From positions 17,289 through 81,288 of the forward strand of contig JAGBGO010000027.1 in NCBI GenBank assembly GCA_017935905.1: a stretch of 64,000 bases of DNA, in the 5' to 3' direction. Numbering within the stretch: the stretch's first letter is position 1; each line of letters begins with the position of its first letter. Source of the stretch: Clostridia bacterium. Lineage in GTDB: Bacteria; Bacillota; Clostridia; UBA1212; UBA1255. The notes below the pieces were generated by a model. That model did not search any database and had not been told where the DNA came from. It was given only the letters and a program-made list of their open reading frames with translations. Below, in pieces: positions 47,079 through 57,599 of the stretch. Made by a program: the position numbers and the translations under genes.

Positions 47079-49187
47079 TTACAGTGCCTCCAAAAGCCAA
47101 CAAATAATGTGGGAGGCAAAACCGTGGTTGCAGCTTGCAGAAATGTTATCGTGTTCCCACAAGGTGCCGGTGCGCTCCGCCATAAAGGTAAAATACCCTT
47201 TGATTTCTTCAATCAACTTCTCTCGCATACCCCACCGCTGCAGCAAATCCAACCGCAGGTAATTGCCGATGAAGGCGTTGGCAAAATAAATCTCCGGCCA
47301 CAACTTGGTTTCTTTTCGTTTGGGACCGAAATCCTCCGTCAGGATGCGGAATAATTCCGGATTCGCTTCTTTCGTTGCCGCACCGAAGTAGAAGGCATAA
47401 TACTGGCACACTTCCGTGCATTCCCCGGAAAGAACTAATTTTCCATCCTGCCGCAATGCATTATCGCAGAAGAACACGCCCTCTCCCGACAAAGACCATT
47501 CCCGTGCCGTCTTAAGAAGCGCCTCTCCCTCTTGAAGCAAAGCATCATCCTGATATAAGCGACCCATCGCTTTCTTCATCGCCGCATATAAGAAGTTCGA
47601 GGGGAAATTCACGTCCTGCACGAGTTCATTGGCTTTCGACCATTCTACAAATACCCATCTTTGCAGATTCTCCAGCAAACCGTACGCATTCTCAAAGCCT
47701 CTGAAATACTGCAGCAATGCATATACACGATCCTTTGCCGCATCAATCAGGGCGCGATCACCGGTACGAGCTAAATATTCTTCCAGTTCCAGCACATACC
47801 ACATAGCCCAGTTGGGGATAAAGTTACCATCCTTGAAATCCGCAGGATAGCACATAGGAAGCATGCCGGAAGGAAGATTGGGGAACCGCTCCGGAAGCAG
47901 GAAATTCTCTAGGAAATTTCGTTCAACTTCCGATTTTCCCGTCAATACCCGCTCTACCCGCGAGGTAAAGAAACTGTCGCAAAGCCATCCCGCCCGCTCT
48001 CTTGAAGGGCAGTCCATATAAATATCCACTACGTTTTGCCGGAATGTTTCGATGGCTGCATCATAAATCTTTTGCAGCTCCGGGTCAGCAAAAGTCCGGT
48101 GCGCAACCGGTCCGAAACAATAATTCCGAATATGGACGTTCTCAATCGTACATCCGCCGTCCACGGCGCAAAGTTGCAGGTAGCGGAAAGAATAAGGCTC
48201 ATAAGACAGCAGCCGATAGGTGCCCGCAGGCAAGTGCCACCGCACCACCGCAGTCGTCGCCATCCGCACGTAATTTACCGGGTTCATAGGATCTTCTTGC
48301 AAAATCTCATCAAACAAGGCATAGATTGTAGTCGGTTCTTGGCAGGTTACCGTAAGGCCAATCATGCCGGTTTTCTCCCGGCCAAGATCAAACAAAGCAT
48401 AGGAATCTTTCTCAAATGCAAGCGGACTTCCATCATAGTCTTTCCGTTCCAAACCGGCAGGCCGGAATTCTAATTTCTGGGCATCCCAGACAGAGCAGGC
48501 TTCAAATTCGGAAGGATCGAACGCCTTCCAGTCCGGTCCTAAATTGGCCACGAAATCCACGTACGTGGGCGCTTTATCGGTGTGAATCACTTGTCCTTGT
48601 GCCAGCACCGCCTGTGCCGGATGCACGGAGAAATCGGGGTATGGAATATTGCGGGTAATAAACTTGCCGGTGTCGAGTACTTCCAACAGAACGTCAGGAT
48701 GGTCATTTCTTGTATAGTCATACACTTCCGCGAGGGTTCTTTGAATGGAGAAACGCTGGACTTTTTGCACCCGCTCCGAAAGGAGCGTGCATTGAAAAAT
48801 ATTTTCACCCATAGCGTCCGTGCGAAGCACTGTATCCTCTCCCGACGTCACCTCAGCGCACAGAAAAGAGGGCTGACGAAGATACTGATAGGAATCCAGA
48901 TACGCACCCAGGCTCTTAATTTCCAGCAAATTGTCGCCGGCGGTCAACTTGCCATCCAGCGCAATTTCATCCACCCGGAAGAAACCGTGGGCGGTGCGGG
49001 CAGGGCCGGCGCACAGAAAGGCCCCGTTTAAATAAGCCACGTAGGAGCAGGCTGCTGTAATGGCTAAAGTAGCTTGGGAAAGTTCCGGTAAGGTACCGGT
49101 GAAAAGCAGATTTACATTCATTTCCCGATTGCGCCCCTTAGCCCACACGGGTTTTGCGGCGCGAAAAGTATATGCTTGACTTAACAT
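47079..49187 (-). CDS. Alpha-L-rhamnosidase-like glycoside hydrolase (GH78-related)
   Basis: YMDCPSRERAGWLCD, FVEW and TGTLWE...SCNHGF motifs; no signal peptide. Confidence 0.8.
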   Translation of the reverse strand: MLSQAYTFRAAKPVWAKGRNREMNVNLLFTGTLPELSQATLAITAACSYVAYLNGAFLCAGPARTAHGFFRVDEIALDGKLTAGDNLLEIKSLGAYLDSYQYLRQPSFLCAEVTSGEDTVLRTDAMGENIFQCTLLSERVQKVQRFSIQRTLAEVYDYTRNDHPDVLLEVLDTGKFITRNIPYPDFSVHPAQAVLAQGQVIHTDKAPTYVDFVANLGPDWKAFDPSEFEACSVWDAQKLEFRPAGLERKDYDGSPLAFEKDSYALFDLGREKTGMIGLTVTCQEPTTIYALFDEILQEDPMNPVNYVRMATTAVVRWHLPAGTYRLLSYEPYSFRYLQLCAVDGGCTIENVHIRNYCFGPVAHRTFADPELQKIYDAAIETFRQNVVDIYMDCPSRERAGWLCDSFFTSRVERVLTGKSEVERNFLENFLLPERFPNLPSGMLPMCYPADFKDGNFIPNWAMWYVLELEEYLARTGDRALIDAAKDRVYALLQYFRGFENAYGLLENLQRWVFVEWSKANELVQDVNFPSNFLYAAMKKAMGRLYQDDALLQEGEALLKTAREWSLSGEGVFFCDNALRQDGKLVLSGECTEVCQYYAFYFGAATKEANPELFRILTEDFGPKRKETKLWPEIYFANAFIGNYLRLDLLQRWGMREKLIEEIKGYFTFMAERTGTLWEHDNISASCNHGFASHIICWLLEAL

Positions 49188-49208
49188 AGAGAAAAGCTCC
49201 CTTCAGAT

Positions 49209-50816
49209 TTATTTATGGGCACGCAAAGTGGCCTTGATCTTTCCTTGGATTTCAGCCAACTGATCTTCCGGAACGCCTAATACGTCATATTTAATACCGT
49301 CACCGAAGGCATACAAGGTGCCGAACATACCGTAGCCGTTCAGTGCACAAGTTTCAATATCCCAGGAAGCCATGTCTTTTAACTGCATTTGAAGCAATTC
49401 GTTGATATCTTCCGATGAAATATTGGTTTTGGTGTTGTTGGTAACCGCCTTGAGTACACCGGAGAAATTGGAAAGTACGGCAGCCGACGTAACTTTCTTC
49501 AGCACCGCTTGAATAATCCGCTGCTGGTGCAGTCCGCGCTGCATATCGCCGCCGGGCAAACCGTATCGGTGGCGGGCAAAGGCAAGTGCCTTATCGCCGG
49601 TAAGATAGTTGGCTCCTTTATAGAAGGTATAGGTGTTTTTGTACGCCGATGCTTCCGGAAGTGCGGTAAAAGTATAGTCCGATTGAACCGTAATACCGCC
49701 CAGGGTATCAATAATGTTAATTAAAGAATGGAAATTCACACGGACGTAATAGTTAAATTGAATATCGTACAATTCCTCTAACGTAGCCATAGAACAAGTT
49801 ATGCCGTATACGCCGGCGTGGGTGAGCTTGTCCATCTTGGTCGTATCGCCCAAAAGCGGCACGTAGGTATCCCGCGGCGTGTTGATCAGCAAAATCTTTT
49901 TAGCCTTTGGATTGACTACGGCAATTTGATTCACGTCGGAAAGTCCGTTATCTTGAGTGGGCCATCCGTCTCTCGTGTCTACACCGGAAATATATACAAT
50001 AAACGGCGTTTTTGAAACGCTGACTTCCGTCAGGTGAATACTTTGTTCCACCCGTAAATTGGTGTCCAAAGCACGGGACCATTGGGTAAACGTACCGTCA
50101 AAGTTCTCCGTAACGTTGCTAAGAAGTGCTTGATCCAGTATGATTGCATCCACTTTATCCGTCTTTAAGGCTTCAATCATAGCACCGTAATCCATATATT
50201 CTGAAATCTTCAACCGATTATTGAGCGCCGTGCGCAATCTGGAAACTGCCTGGTTCATGGTGTCGCTCATTTCCTCCGGGCGCACACCGAACGTGCAGTA
50301 TTCCAAATCTTCCAATTCTTTGTAGGAAGACTCCTTTTTTACAAAAATATGGATCACAACCGTAGAAACGTTTGCGCCTTGATTGGCGTTTGCAAGACTA
50401 TCGTAGAACATTTTGAGGATAGACACACCGGATATGGAGGTAACCAGCATAATCACGCTCATAGCCAGGCTGATCACACTTGTCCCGGCAGGTTTTCTTT
50501 GCAGGCGAAGCGCCATATACTGAACGCTCAGAAGCAATACGGCAGCAATCATAAGAACCGCAAAATAAAGGGGCGGCAAGAAAGACTGAATGCCTACGTA
50601 TATAACGAACACGATTACAGCAATAATTTCCAACGCAAACAAGCCCCAAGAACCCCAGCGTAATCCTTTGCGAACACGGTGTTCTATCCGTTTCGCCCGC
50701 TCGGCTTTCTCCGTTTGAAGTGCTAACATTTCAAATTCATCATCTTTGCGAACAATCACTATTTCGTCAGGCTCCTCTCTTATGCCTTTATCTTGTCCAA
50801 AATCCACCGGGCGCAC
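49209..50816 (-). CDS. LCP (LytR-CpsA-Psr) glycopolymer transferase, CpsA-like
   Basis: Three N-terminal TMs and accessory domain; SGVDT, SDVN, PRDTY, DKLTHAG and ALAFARHR motifs. Confidence 0.9.
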   Translation of the reverse strand: MRPVDFGQDKGIREEPDEIVIVRKDDEFEMLALQTEKAERAKRIEHRVRKGLRWGSWGLFALEIIAVIVFVIYVGIQSFLPPLYFAVLMIAAVLLLSVQYMALRLQRKPAGTSVISLAMSVIMLVTSISGVSILKMFYDSLANANQGANVSTVVIHIFVKKESSYKELEDLEYCTFGVRPEEMSDTMNQAVSRLRTALNNRLKISEYMDYGAMIEALKTDKVDAIILDQALLSNVTENFDGTFTQWSRALDTNLRVEQSIHLTEVSVSKTPFIVYISGVDTRDGWPTQDNGLSDVNQIAVVNPKAKKILLINTPRDTYVPLLGDTTKMDKLTHAGVYGITCSMATLEELYDIQFNYYVRVNFHSLINIIDTLGGITVQSDYTFTALPEASAYKNTYTFYKGANYLTGDKALAFARHRYGLPGGDMQRGLHQQRIIQAVLKKVTSAAVLSNFSGVLKAVTNNTKTNISSEDINELLQMQLKDMASWDIETCALNGYGMFGTLYAFGDGIKYDVLGVPEDQLAEIQGKIKATLRAHK

Positions 50817-51922
50817 CGTTTCGACGCCTCTCCGTCTTCAAAAAATCCATTTTCCCGGGTGAAACGGTCCCAAGTCTCCCGGTAAGCAGCCTCGTCGAAC
50901 CCTTGCACGCACGCCACCAATTCTTCATTGCTTTGGGCTACCGGGAAGGGCATTTCTTCTTGGGTAAAATAGAAATTGCGGTCTTTCCGATAATCTTCCA
51001 TATCCAGTGCAAATCGGATACAAGGTTTCCCGCTTAAAGCATAGTCAAACATAGAAGAAGAATAGTCCGTAATCAGCAGATCACAGCCGCAAAGCAGTTC
51101 CTGCATATCCGGATAAAGGGTCGCATCCACAATTTTGTCTCCGTCATAGGCAAATAATCCCGCCGCTTGACTTGCAACGTTTGGATGCAGACGAATCAGC
51201 ACGCTCCATTTTCCACCGAAACGCGTTTCGCAAGCCTCTGCCAGACGCCCGGCATCTAAAGCGTAGGCGGTGGTAGAATGATCCGCCCGGAACGTGGGGG
51301 CATACAAAGCCACTTTTTGATCTTCCGGCAAAGAAAGACCTTTTCGAATCTTGCCGGAAATTTCCGGATGGGGTCTGAAAAACACGTCGTTTCTGGGACT
51401 GCCGTACGCACCGATCTCGCCGTCATACCAGTAACAGCGGCGAAGTGTTTCCGTAGCAAAGCGGCTGTTGGAAAGCAACAAATCCGTCTTGGCAGAATCT
51501 TTAATGGCACCGCGGGCATAATCTTCGCCCAGTGCCTCGTAAGCATCTTTCTCAATGCGTTTTAAGGGAAAGCCGTGCCACGTTTGCAAGTAGAATTGAT
51601 TCTTCTTTTTGAAGCGGGCATAATTCCGGCAGTTATCCACCCACACCCGCGCCGTCGCCAAGGCAAACACTCTTTTTGCAGAATAAAAAGGACAAGGGAT
51701 GATCCCTTTCGGCAAAGTGGCGGCTTCTTTCTCGTTCTTCACCAACCAAAGGATTTCCACGCCGGGATCCAACTCCCGCAAAGCCTCTGCAATAGCCTTG
51801 GGATTATCCGAGTAACCCCTGCCGCAGTAGCTGCTCATCACCACTTTATTTTTGTTTACCGGAAGCAGAAGGCTCGCCACCCAACAGCCTGCTATATAAA
51901 GTTTATTCAGCAATCCCATCAT
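50780..51922 (-). CDS. CDP-glycerol glycerophosphotransferase (TagB/TagF family)
   Basis: YSDNPK, QTWHGFPLK, GSPRND, YAPTFR, RLHP and ITDYSS motifs. Confidence 0.92.
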   Translation of the reverse strand: MMGLLNKLYIAGCWVASLLLPVNKNKVVMSSYCGRGYSDNPKAIAEALRELDPGVEILWLVKNEKEAATLPKGIIPCPFYSAKRVFALATARVWVDNCRNYARFKKKNQFYLQTWHGFPLKRIEKDAYEALGEDYARGAIKDSAKTDLLLSNSRFATETLRRCYWYDGEIGAYGSPRNDVFFRPHPEISGKIRKGLSLPEDQKVALYAPTFRADHSTTAYALDAGRLAEACETRFGGKWSVLIRLHPNVASQAAGLFAYDGDKIVDATLYPDMQELLCGCDLLITDYSSSMFDYALSGKPCIRFALDMEDYRKDRNFYFTQEEMPFPVAQSNEELVACVQGFDEAAYRETWDRFTRENGFFEDGEASKRCARWILDKIKA

Positions 51923-53192
51923 CGGTCTCCTTCCTCATGCGGTGTCTGTACTTCACTACAATAATGATACGGTACAGCAAAATCAGCGTTTCCGTAATGG
52001 ATACGCTTAGTGCAAGTGTAATCATATTGATGTGATTCGTCAAGAACAAAACGCCCAGCATTATTAACTGACAGCAAGAACCTACCACGGTGGAATAATT
52101 GGCGTGTTTCGTCAGGTTCATCGCTGTCAACGTAGGGAAGCCTAAAATGTAACTGGGAAGAATCACAACGCCAACCGGAAGCATCGCCCGAAGCACATCG
52201 CCTGTAGGCCCGTATTCTGCGCCAAAGAACCAAACGCAGAAGGGTTCCGCAAAAACAAATACCACGGCACAGAAGACAAAGATAATCGGTTCTAAAATAA
52301 GCAAAACTTTCTTGACCAACTTGAAGTCTTTATTCTTTGCCATATAAGGATAGAAACTGTCTGCAATAGGCGAAACGCCGTTCTTACCCACTGTAATCAG
52401 TCGGTCCGCAGACGTATAATAGCCGGTAACGGCACCGCTGCCGGACATAATATCCAGTAACACCGTATTGAGCGCCGTATAGGCGGTTGTGGCGATGCGG
52501 GAGAAGAAGAACACAGAAGACTGTTTGAGTTCCCCAAATACGGTACCTACACGAACTTTCGCAAACTGAATATCCAATTTCTTCACAATATGCAAATAGG
52601 CACATACAAGCGCGACACCGTTGCCTACAATATTCAAAGCAGGAATCATCCACACGTCTTCCGGCCCACGCAAGAACAAGAATACGGCCACAGCGAAAAA
52701 CGTCTTAATCAGCACCGTACGAATGGTAATGGCCGTCATTTTCTCCAATCCCCGGTATAAATAGTCCGGCATCAAAGAGTTTAAGAACGTAGCAATGAAC
52801 GTTAAAATCAGCACCGTCTCTTTCTGTTTCCACTCGGGAATCAGTTGGCACAATACGACAAGTCCTACGAAAGAAACCAGCGCCAGTCCAATTTTACACA
52901 ACGTAACGGCACTGAAAATTTCCCGAAGACGGCCTTTGTTGGCCCGTTCTCTGGAAACTTCTTCCGTAGCGGAAAGTAAGAAGCCAAAATCAATAATTAG
53001 CTGAAAATAAACAATAATCGCAACGGATGCATTGAGTACGCCGCCGTAAACTTCCGGCCCCAGCACACGGCTTTGGTAAGGCGCCACCGCCAATGCCAAA
53101 ATATACGTGGAAAATTGAAGAATATACAACATAATCGTATTCTTCAAAAGCACGCCCCGTTTGTTATTGAAATCGATCTTGCCAATTTTCAT
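51903..53192 (-). CDS. Wzx-type oligosaccharide flippase
   Basis: PYQSRVLGPEVYG, IDFGF and GYYTSADRL motifs; about 12 TMs. Confidence 0.88.
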   Translation of the reverse strand: MKIGKIDFNNKRGVLLKNTIMLYILQFSTYILALAVAPYQSRVLGPEVYGGVLNASVAIIVYFQLIIDFGFLLSATEEVSRERANKGRLREIFSAVTLCKIGLALVSFVGLVVLCQLIPEWKQKETVLILTFIATFLNSLMPDYLYRGLEKMTAITIRTVLIKTFFAVAVFLFLRGPEDVWMIPALNIVGNGVALVCAYLHIVKKLDIQFAKVRVGTVFGELKQSSVFFFSRIATTAYTALNTVLLDIMSGSGAVTGYYTSADRLITVGKNGVSPIADSFYPYMAKNKDFKLVKKVLLILEPIIFVFCAVVFVFAEPFCVWFFGAEYGPTGDVLRAMLPVGVVILPSYILGFPTLTAMNLTKHANYSTVVGSCCQLIMLGVLFLTNHINMITLALSVSITETLILLYRIIIVVKYRHRMRKETDDGIAE

Positions 53193-53205
53193 AAGCGATC
53201 CTCTC

Positions 53206-54186
53206 CTATGCGCCGTCGCGCATTTTAAACAGCCACGCAATCACGCGGTAATGCCCGCCGCCCAGCAAACGGTACACCAATTTGCGCGCTTTGGGCAAAT
53301 CGCTGTAATCGGCTTTTCGATAATCCGGAAATTGCGCTTGCATATAACCCGCAAACGCTTTGAGAAGCGGATGTTTCACGTCGCCCCGAAGCACGCGAAC
53401 GGAAGCCGCCAAATACAAATGCTCCACACACAAACGCTCCAACGTCTTCTCGTATACCGCAAAAAGCCCCTGTTTGCGATACCACCCCAGCAAATCGTCA
53501 AAGGCATCTATAATTTCACGGTTTCTGTCCAAATTTGCGGAATTCATAATAGACCCGGTCCGCTGATAGTATACGTACAAAGCCTCCGGAATCCATAAAA
53601 TTTCCTTCGCCAGCGGGAAAAGCTTCGTTACGGTGCGAATGTCCTCGTACCAAACCCGCTCCGGAAACCAAATTTGATGCTCGGTAAAAAGGGTTCTTCG
53701 CCAGATCCGGCAACATGCACTGGGAATCAGCAACATATATTCCGGACGCTGCGCCAACGTGAAAGGCTCTTCCGCCGTGAAATCCCGTTCTTTCTCATAG
53801 GGGTGAATCCCCTTTTCATCTTCCAGCAGGAATCCAAAAGAGAAAATATCCACGTTTGGGTATCGCCGGGTAAAATCATCTAATCGATTCAGCGCTCCGG
53901 GGACAACGGTATCGTCACTGTCTACAAAAAACAGATACGCTCCCTGCGCCTCCTGAATGCCTGTATTGCGGGCACCCCCTAAGCCTTTATTTTGCTGGTG
54001 AATTACGCGAATTACATCGGGCCGTTCCGACGCCAGAAGATCGCAAAGAGCAACTGTTTCCTGATCCGTGGAACCGTCGTCAATCAACAAAATTTCACAG
54101 CAAGCCGTGGTACCGTCCAGCAGGGACGCCACGCACTTGCGTAAATATTGTTTAGTATTATAAACGGGGACAATCACACTGATCAT
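53206..54186 (-). CDS. GT2 glycosyltransferase
   Basis: SVIVPVYN, DDGSTD, ARNTG, FVDSDD and YED motifs. Confidence 0.92.
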   Translation of the reverse strand: MISVIVPVYNTKQYLRKCVASLLDGTTACCEILLIDDGSTDQETVALCDLLASERPDVIRVIHQQNKGLGGARNTGIQEAQGAYLFFVDSDDTVVPGALNRLDDFTRRYPNVDIFSFGFLLEDEKGIHPYEKERDFTAEEPFTLAQRPEYMLLIPSACCRIWRRTLFTEHQIWFPERVWYEDIRTVTKLFPLAKEILWIPEALYVYYQRTGSIMNSANLDRNREIIDAFDDLLGWYRKQGLFAVYEKTLERLCVEHLYLAASVRVLRGDVKHPLLKAFAGYMQAQFPDYRKADYSDLPKARKLVYRLLGGGHYRVIAWLFKMRDGA

Positions 54187-54201
54187 TTTACCGGGCGCCC
54201 C

Positions 54202-55305
54202 CTATTTGCCAAACTTCTCAATAATTGCATCGGCGATTCTCCGACTGGCAAGACCGTCTCCGTAAGGGTTGGACGCCTTGCTCATACCGGCATACGTCGC
54301 TTGATCTGTAAGCAAACGCATAGTTTCCTCGTAAATCACCTGCTCATCCGTGCCGGTGAGTTTCAGCGTGCCGGCAGCAATGCCCTCCGGCCGCTCCGTA
54401 GTATCCCGCAGCACCAGAACCGGTTTTCCCAAAGACGGCGCCTCTTCTTGAATGCCTCCGCTGTCGGTTAAAATAAGATACGATGCATTCTGGAAATTAT
54501 GGAAATCAAACACTTCCAAAGGCTCGATTAAACGAACCCGGTCACAACCCTCTAATACTTCCTCTGCCGCTGCCCGCACCAATGGATTTTTATGAATGGG
54601 ATAAACCACTTTGATATCCGGCACTTCATCGAGCACCCGGCGAATAGCACGGAAGATGCGCTTCATCGGCTCACCTAAATTCTCCCGTCTGTGGGCAGTG
54701 AGCAAAATCATACGGTCTTCTCCCACCCAATCCAATACCTCGTGGTGATAATCTGCCTCCACCGTGGTTTGCATGGCATCAATGGCCGTATTGCCCGTAA
54801 CGTAAATCTTATCCCCAGGGATATTTTCCTTAAGCAAATTATCCCGACTTAAATTGGTAGGCGCAAAGAACATATCGGTCATACAGTCCACCATCTGGCG
54901 GTTCATTTCCTCGGGGTAAGGCGAATATTTATTGTAGGTGCGAAGGCCGGCTTCCACGTGCCCGATGGCCACTTGATTGTAAAATGCCGCCAAGCCGCCT
55001 GCAAAAGTGGTGGTGGTGTCTCCGTGGACTAAAATAATATCCGGTTTCGCCGCTTTAATCACGCCGTCTAACCCTTGCAGTGCCCGGGTGGTGATGTCCG
55101 CCAAAGTCTGACCTTGCTGCATAATATTGAGATCGTAGTCCGGCTTGATGTCAAAAGTGGTCAGCACCTGATCCAGCATCTCCCGATGCTGGGCAGTAAC
55201 GCAGACAATACTCTCAATTTCCGGGCGACGCTCTAATTCTTTCACCAGGGGCGCCATCTTAATGGCTTCCGGCCGCGTGCCGAATATGCTCATTACTTTA
55301 ATCAT
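54202..55305 (-). CDS. wecB: UDP-GlcNAc 2-epimerase (non-hydrolysing)
   Basis: FGTRPEAIKMAP, HVEAGLR, TDSGGIQEE and NPYGDG motifs. Confidence 0.95.
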   Translation of the reverse strand: MIKVMSIFGTRPEAIKMAPLVKELERRPEIESIVCVTAQHREMLDQVLTTFDIKPDYDLNIMQQGQTLADITTRALQGLDGVIKAAKPDIILVHGDTTTTFAGGLAAFYNQVAIGHVEAGLRTYNKYSPYPEEMNRQMVDCMTDMFFAPTNLSRDNLLKENIPGDKIYVTGNTAIDAMQTTVEADYHHEVLDWVGEDRMILLTAHRRENLGEPMKRIFRAIRRVLDEVPDIKVVYPIHKNPLVRAAAEEVLEGCDRVRLIEPLEVFDFHNFQNASYLILTDSGGIQEEAPSLGKPVLVLRDTTERPEGIAAGTLKLTGTDEQVIYEETMRLLTDQATYAGMSKASNPYGDGLASRRIADAIIEKFGK

Positions 55306-55330
55306 AAATTCCACAATCCTTCACTTTGTA

Positions 55331-55723
55331 TTATGCCTTTAAATCCGATTTAATTTGTGTGGTAGAGATATTTTCCGTTCTGGGCAAGAATACCATTTCG
55401 CAAAGATCCTGCAAACCACTGAATTCGTTGGAGTCCGCCCAATCGCTGCCCATTACCATAACGTCTACGTTGTACTTCTTAATATCATCCGGCTTTTGTT
55501 CCCATTTTTCCTCCGGAATGACCAAATCTACGTAGCGAATGGCTTCTACGATCATCTTGCGGTCTTCGTAGGAATAATACGATTTCTTGCCTTTAATGGC
55601 GTTGAATTCATCCGTGGACACACCGACAATCAGGTAATCCCCCAGTTCTTTGGCACGTCGCAAAATATTCACGTGGCCTTTATGGAGCAAATCAAACGTT
55701 CCGTACGTAATGACTACTTTCAT
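55331..55723 (-). CDS. tagD: Glycerol-3-phosphate cytidylyltransferase
   Basis: TYGTFDLLHKGH, STDEFN and RTENISTT motifs. Confidence 0.93.
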   Translation of the reverse strand: MKVVITYGTFDLLHKGHVNILRRAKELGDYLIVGVSTDEFNAIKGKKSYYSYEDRKMIVEAIRYVDLVIPEEKWEQKPDDIKKYNVDVMVMGSDWADSNEFSGLQDLCEMVFLPRTENISTTQIKSDLKA

Positions 55724-56445
55724 TTCCTCAACTTCCTTCCCTCTTTGCGCACACGGAAAATAAATTTCACGTGGCTATTGTAAAATCGTTTTATTCTCTT
55801 CGGCTCTTTCAAAATGCGATAGAGCCACTCTAAATTATGACGAATAAAAAATTCCGGTGCCCGTTCTTTGCTTCCGCTAAGCACGTCCAAACTGCCGCCC
55901 ACGCCTACAAAAATGCCTTTTTCAAATTTGCTAAAATGTTTATAAATCAATTTTTCTTGCGCAGGGATGCCCAGCGCCACCAGAATGATATCCGGCTCCG
56001 CCGCTACAATTTCTTCAAAGGCAGCGTCTTTGTCCGGCACGTAGCCGTTGATGGCGCCGGCAATGGTGAGATTGGGATATTTTTCCGCCAAAACTCGGCA
56101 CATTCTATCCAAAACTTCTTGTTTGGAACCCAGCAGAAAAATTTTCTTGCCCAGCTCATGACCATACTGCATTAAATTTTCCGCAACGTCTACGCCGGGA
56201 ATCCGCTCCGTCACCTGAACGTCCAGCATAGCGGCACCTTTCACAATGCCGATTCCGTCCGCCACCACCGTAACGTGCTCGTCCATTAATAAGGCGTGCA
56301 TCTCCGGATCTTTCTCGCCAAACATAAAGGCTTCCGGATTGGCGGTTACGATAAACGTCTTTTGGTCCTGCGCCAAACGGTCCCGCAGTTCCGCCATAAA
56401 TTCCGGATTGGATTGCTTATATAACCGATCAAAATACTGCTTCAT
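55720..56445 (-). CDS. WecG/TagA/CpsF glycosyltransferase (GT26)
   Basis: TANPE, ADGIG, LGIPAQE, GVGGSLD and LEWLYR motifs. Confidence 0.92.
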   Translation of the reverse strand: MKQYFDRLYKQSNPEFMAELRDRLAQDQKTFIVTANPEAFMFGEKDPEMHALLMDEHVTVVADGIGIVKGAAMLDVQVTERIPGVDVAENLMQYGHELGKKIFLLGSKQEVLDRMCRVLAEKYPNLTIAGAINGYVPDKDAAFEEIVAAEPDIILVALGIPAQEKLIYKHFSKFEKGIFVGVGGSLDVLSGSKERAPEFFIRHNLEWLYRILKEPKRIKRFYNSHVKFIFRVRKEGRKLRK

Positions 56446-57599
56446 GGCGTTTCTCCTCCGCAGGATTGCATAAAATCAATCCATTTCTTCTCTACGTTCT
56501 CCTTGCTGTACGTGCGTACCGATTCCTTACCGCTTCTGCCAATATTTTTCCGGTACGATGCATCTTCGATCATGCGGCAAATCTCCGCTACCATTTTACC
56601 CCGATCCCGATCCGGTATCAAAATCCCGTTCTCCCCGGACCGAAGAATTTCCCGGGCTCCCTGGGCACTGTCGTAAGCGATACAAGGAAGTCCCATGGCC
56701 TGAGCCTCGATTAACACCAACCCGAAGGCTTCCGTGTGGGAGGTCATTACGTAAATAGACATTTCTTTCATTCGGCTGCGAATCTGATCCTGGCTGCAGA
56801 ACCCATGGAAATGAATTTGATTGCCCAAACCGGTTTCTGCCGCTTGCTGCTCTAAAGCCGGACGCAGTTCACCGTCTCCCACCAAATGCAAATCCCAATC
56901 CGGGTGGTGCTTATGGACTTCTTGATACACACGAATAAGTTCATCCATGCCTTTTTCCGGGGAAAAACGCCCCACAGAAAGAATGCCTTTCCCGGTAAGG
57001 GGAGATTCCCCCCGGGGAATGATTTCTAAATGGTGAGGAATATACAGGCAAGAGACCCGGGACCCCACACGACCTTTGTAGAATTCTGTCAATTCAGCCG
57101 AAACCGGCATAAAATAATCCATCTTGGCAACGGCTTTGACTTGCTTGCGAATATATTTCTCGTCACCGTTGTGATGATTGTGCTCCTGGGCAATGCAAAT
57201 CGCCCCTGCAGGTGCGTGCTGCGTCAGCAGGCGATGATATAAATACCGGGAGGAAATAAAGATATGGCCGTCACTTTTCTTGACTGCCTTCTTCATCAAA
57301 TGGGTGCGTAAATAAAGTATGCGCAGGCTTCGAAAGATTTCTTTGATCATGGAAAAAGGATTCTTGCGTGCAATACTTCTCCGAAGTTCCTCTTTGTTGG
57401 GGCGAAGGTACTGCCGAAGGTACGTAATCTGAACCTTTGGATCCACCGGGAACGCCGGCTGCTCATCCAGTTGGTACGCGGATAAAATTTCCACAGGATA
57501 ATGAGCGGCCAGTAAATTCGCCTGGGAAATTACTGCTCGCTCCGCACCGCCACAACCTAAATGCAAAACCAAGAATACAATCTTATTCTTCATGCTCAT
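56442..57599 (-). CDS. GT4 glycosyltransferase
   Basis: GGAER, VGRFSPEKG and EAFGLVLIEA motifs. Confidence 0.9.
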   Translation of the reverse strand: MSMKNKIVFLVLHLGCGGAERAVISQANLLAAHYPVEILSAYQLDEQPAFPVDPKVQITYLRQYLRPNKEELRRSIARKNPFSMIKEIFRSLRILYLRTHLMKKAVKKSDGHIFISSRYLYHRLLTQHAPAGAICIAQEHNHHNGDEKYIRKQVKAVAKMDYFMPVSAELTEFYKGRVGSRVSCLYIPHHLEIIPRGESPLTGKGILSVGRFSPEKGMDELIRVYQEVHKHHPDWDLHLVGDGELRPALEQQAAETGLGNQIHFHGFCSQDQIRSRMKEMSIYVMTSHTEAFGLVLIEAQAMGLPCIAYDSAQGAREILRSGENGILIPDRDRGKMVAEICRMIEDASYRKNIGRSGKESVRTYSKENVEKKWIDFMQSCGGETP

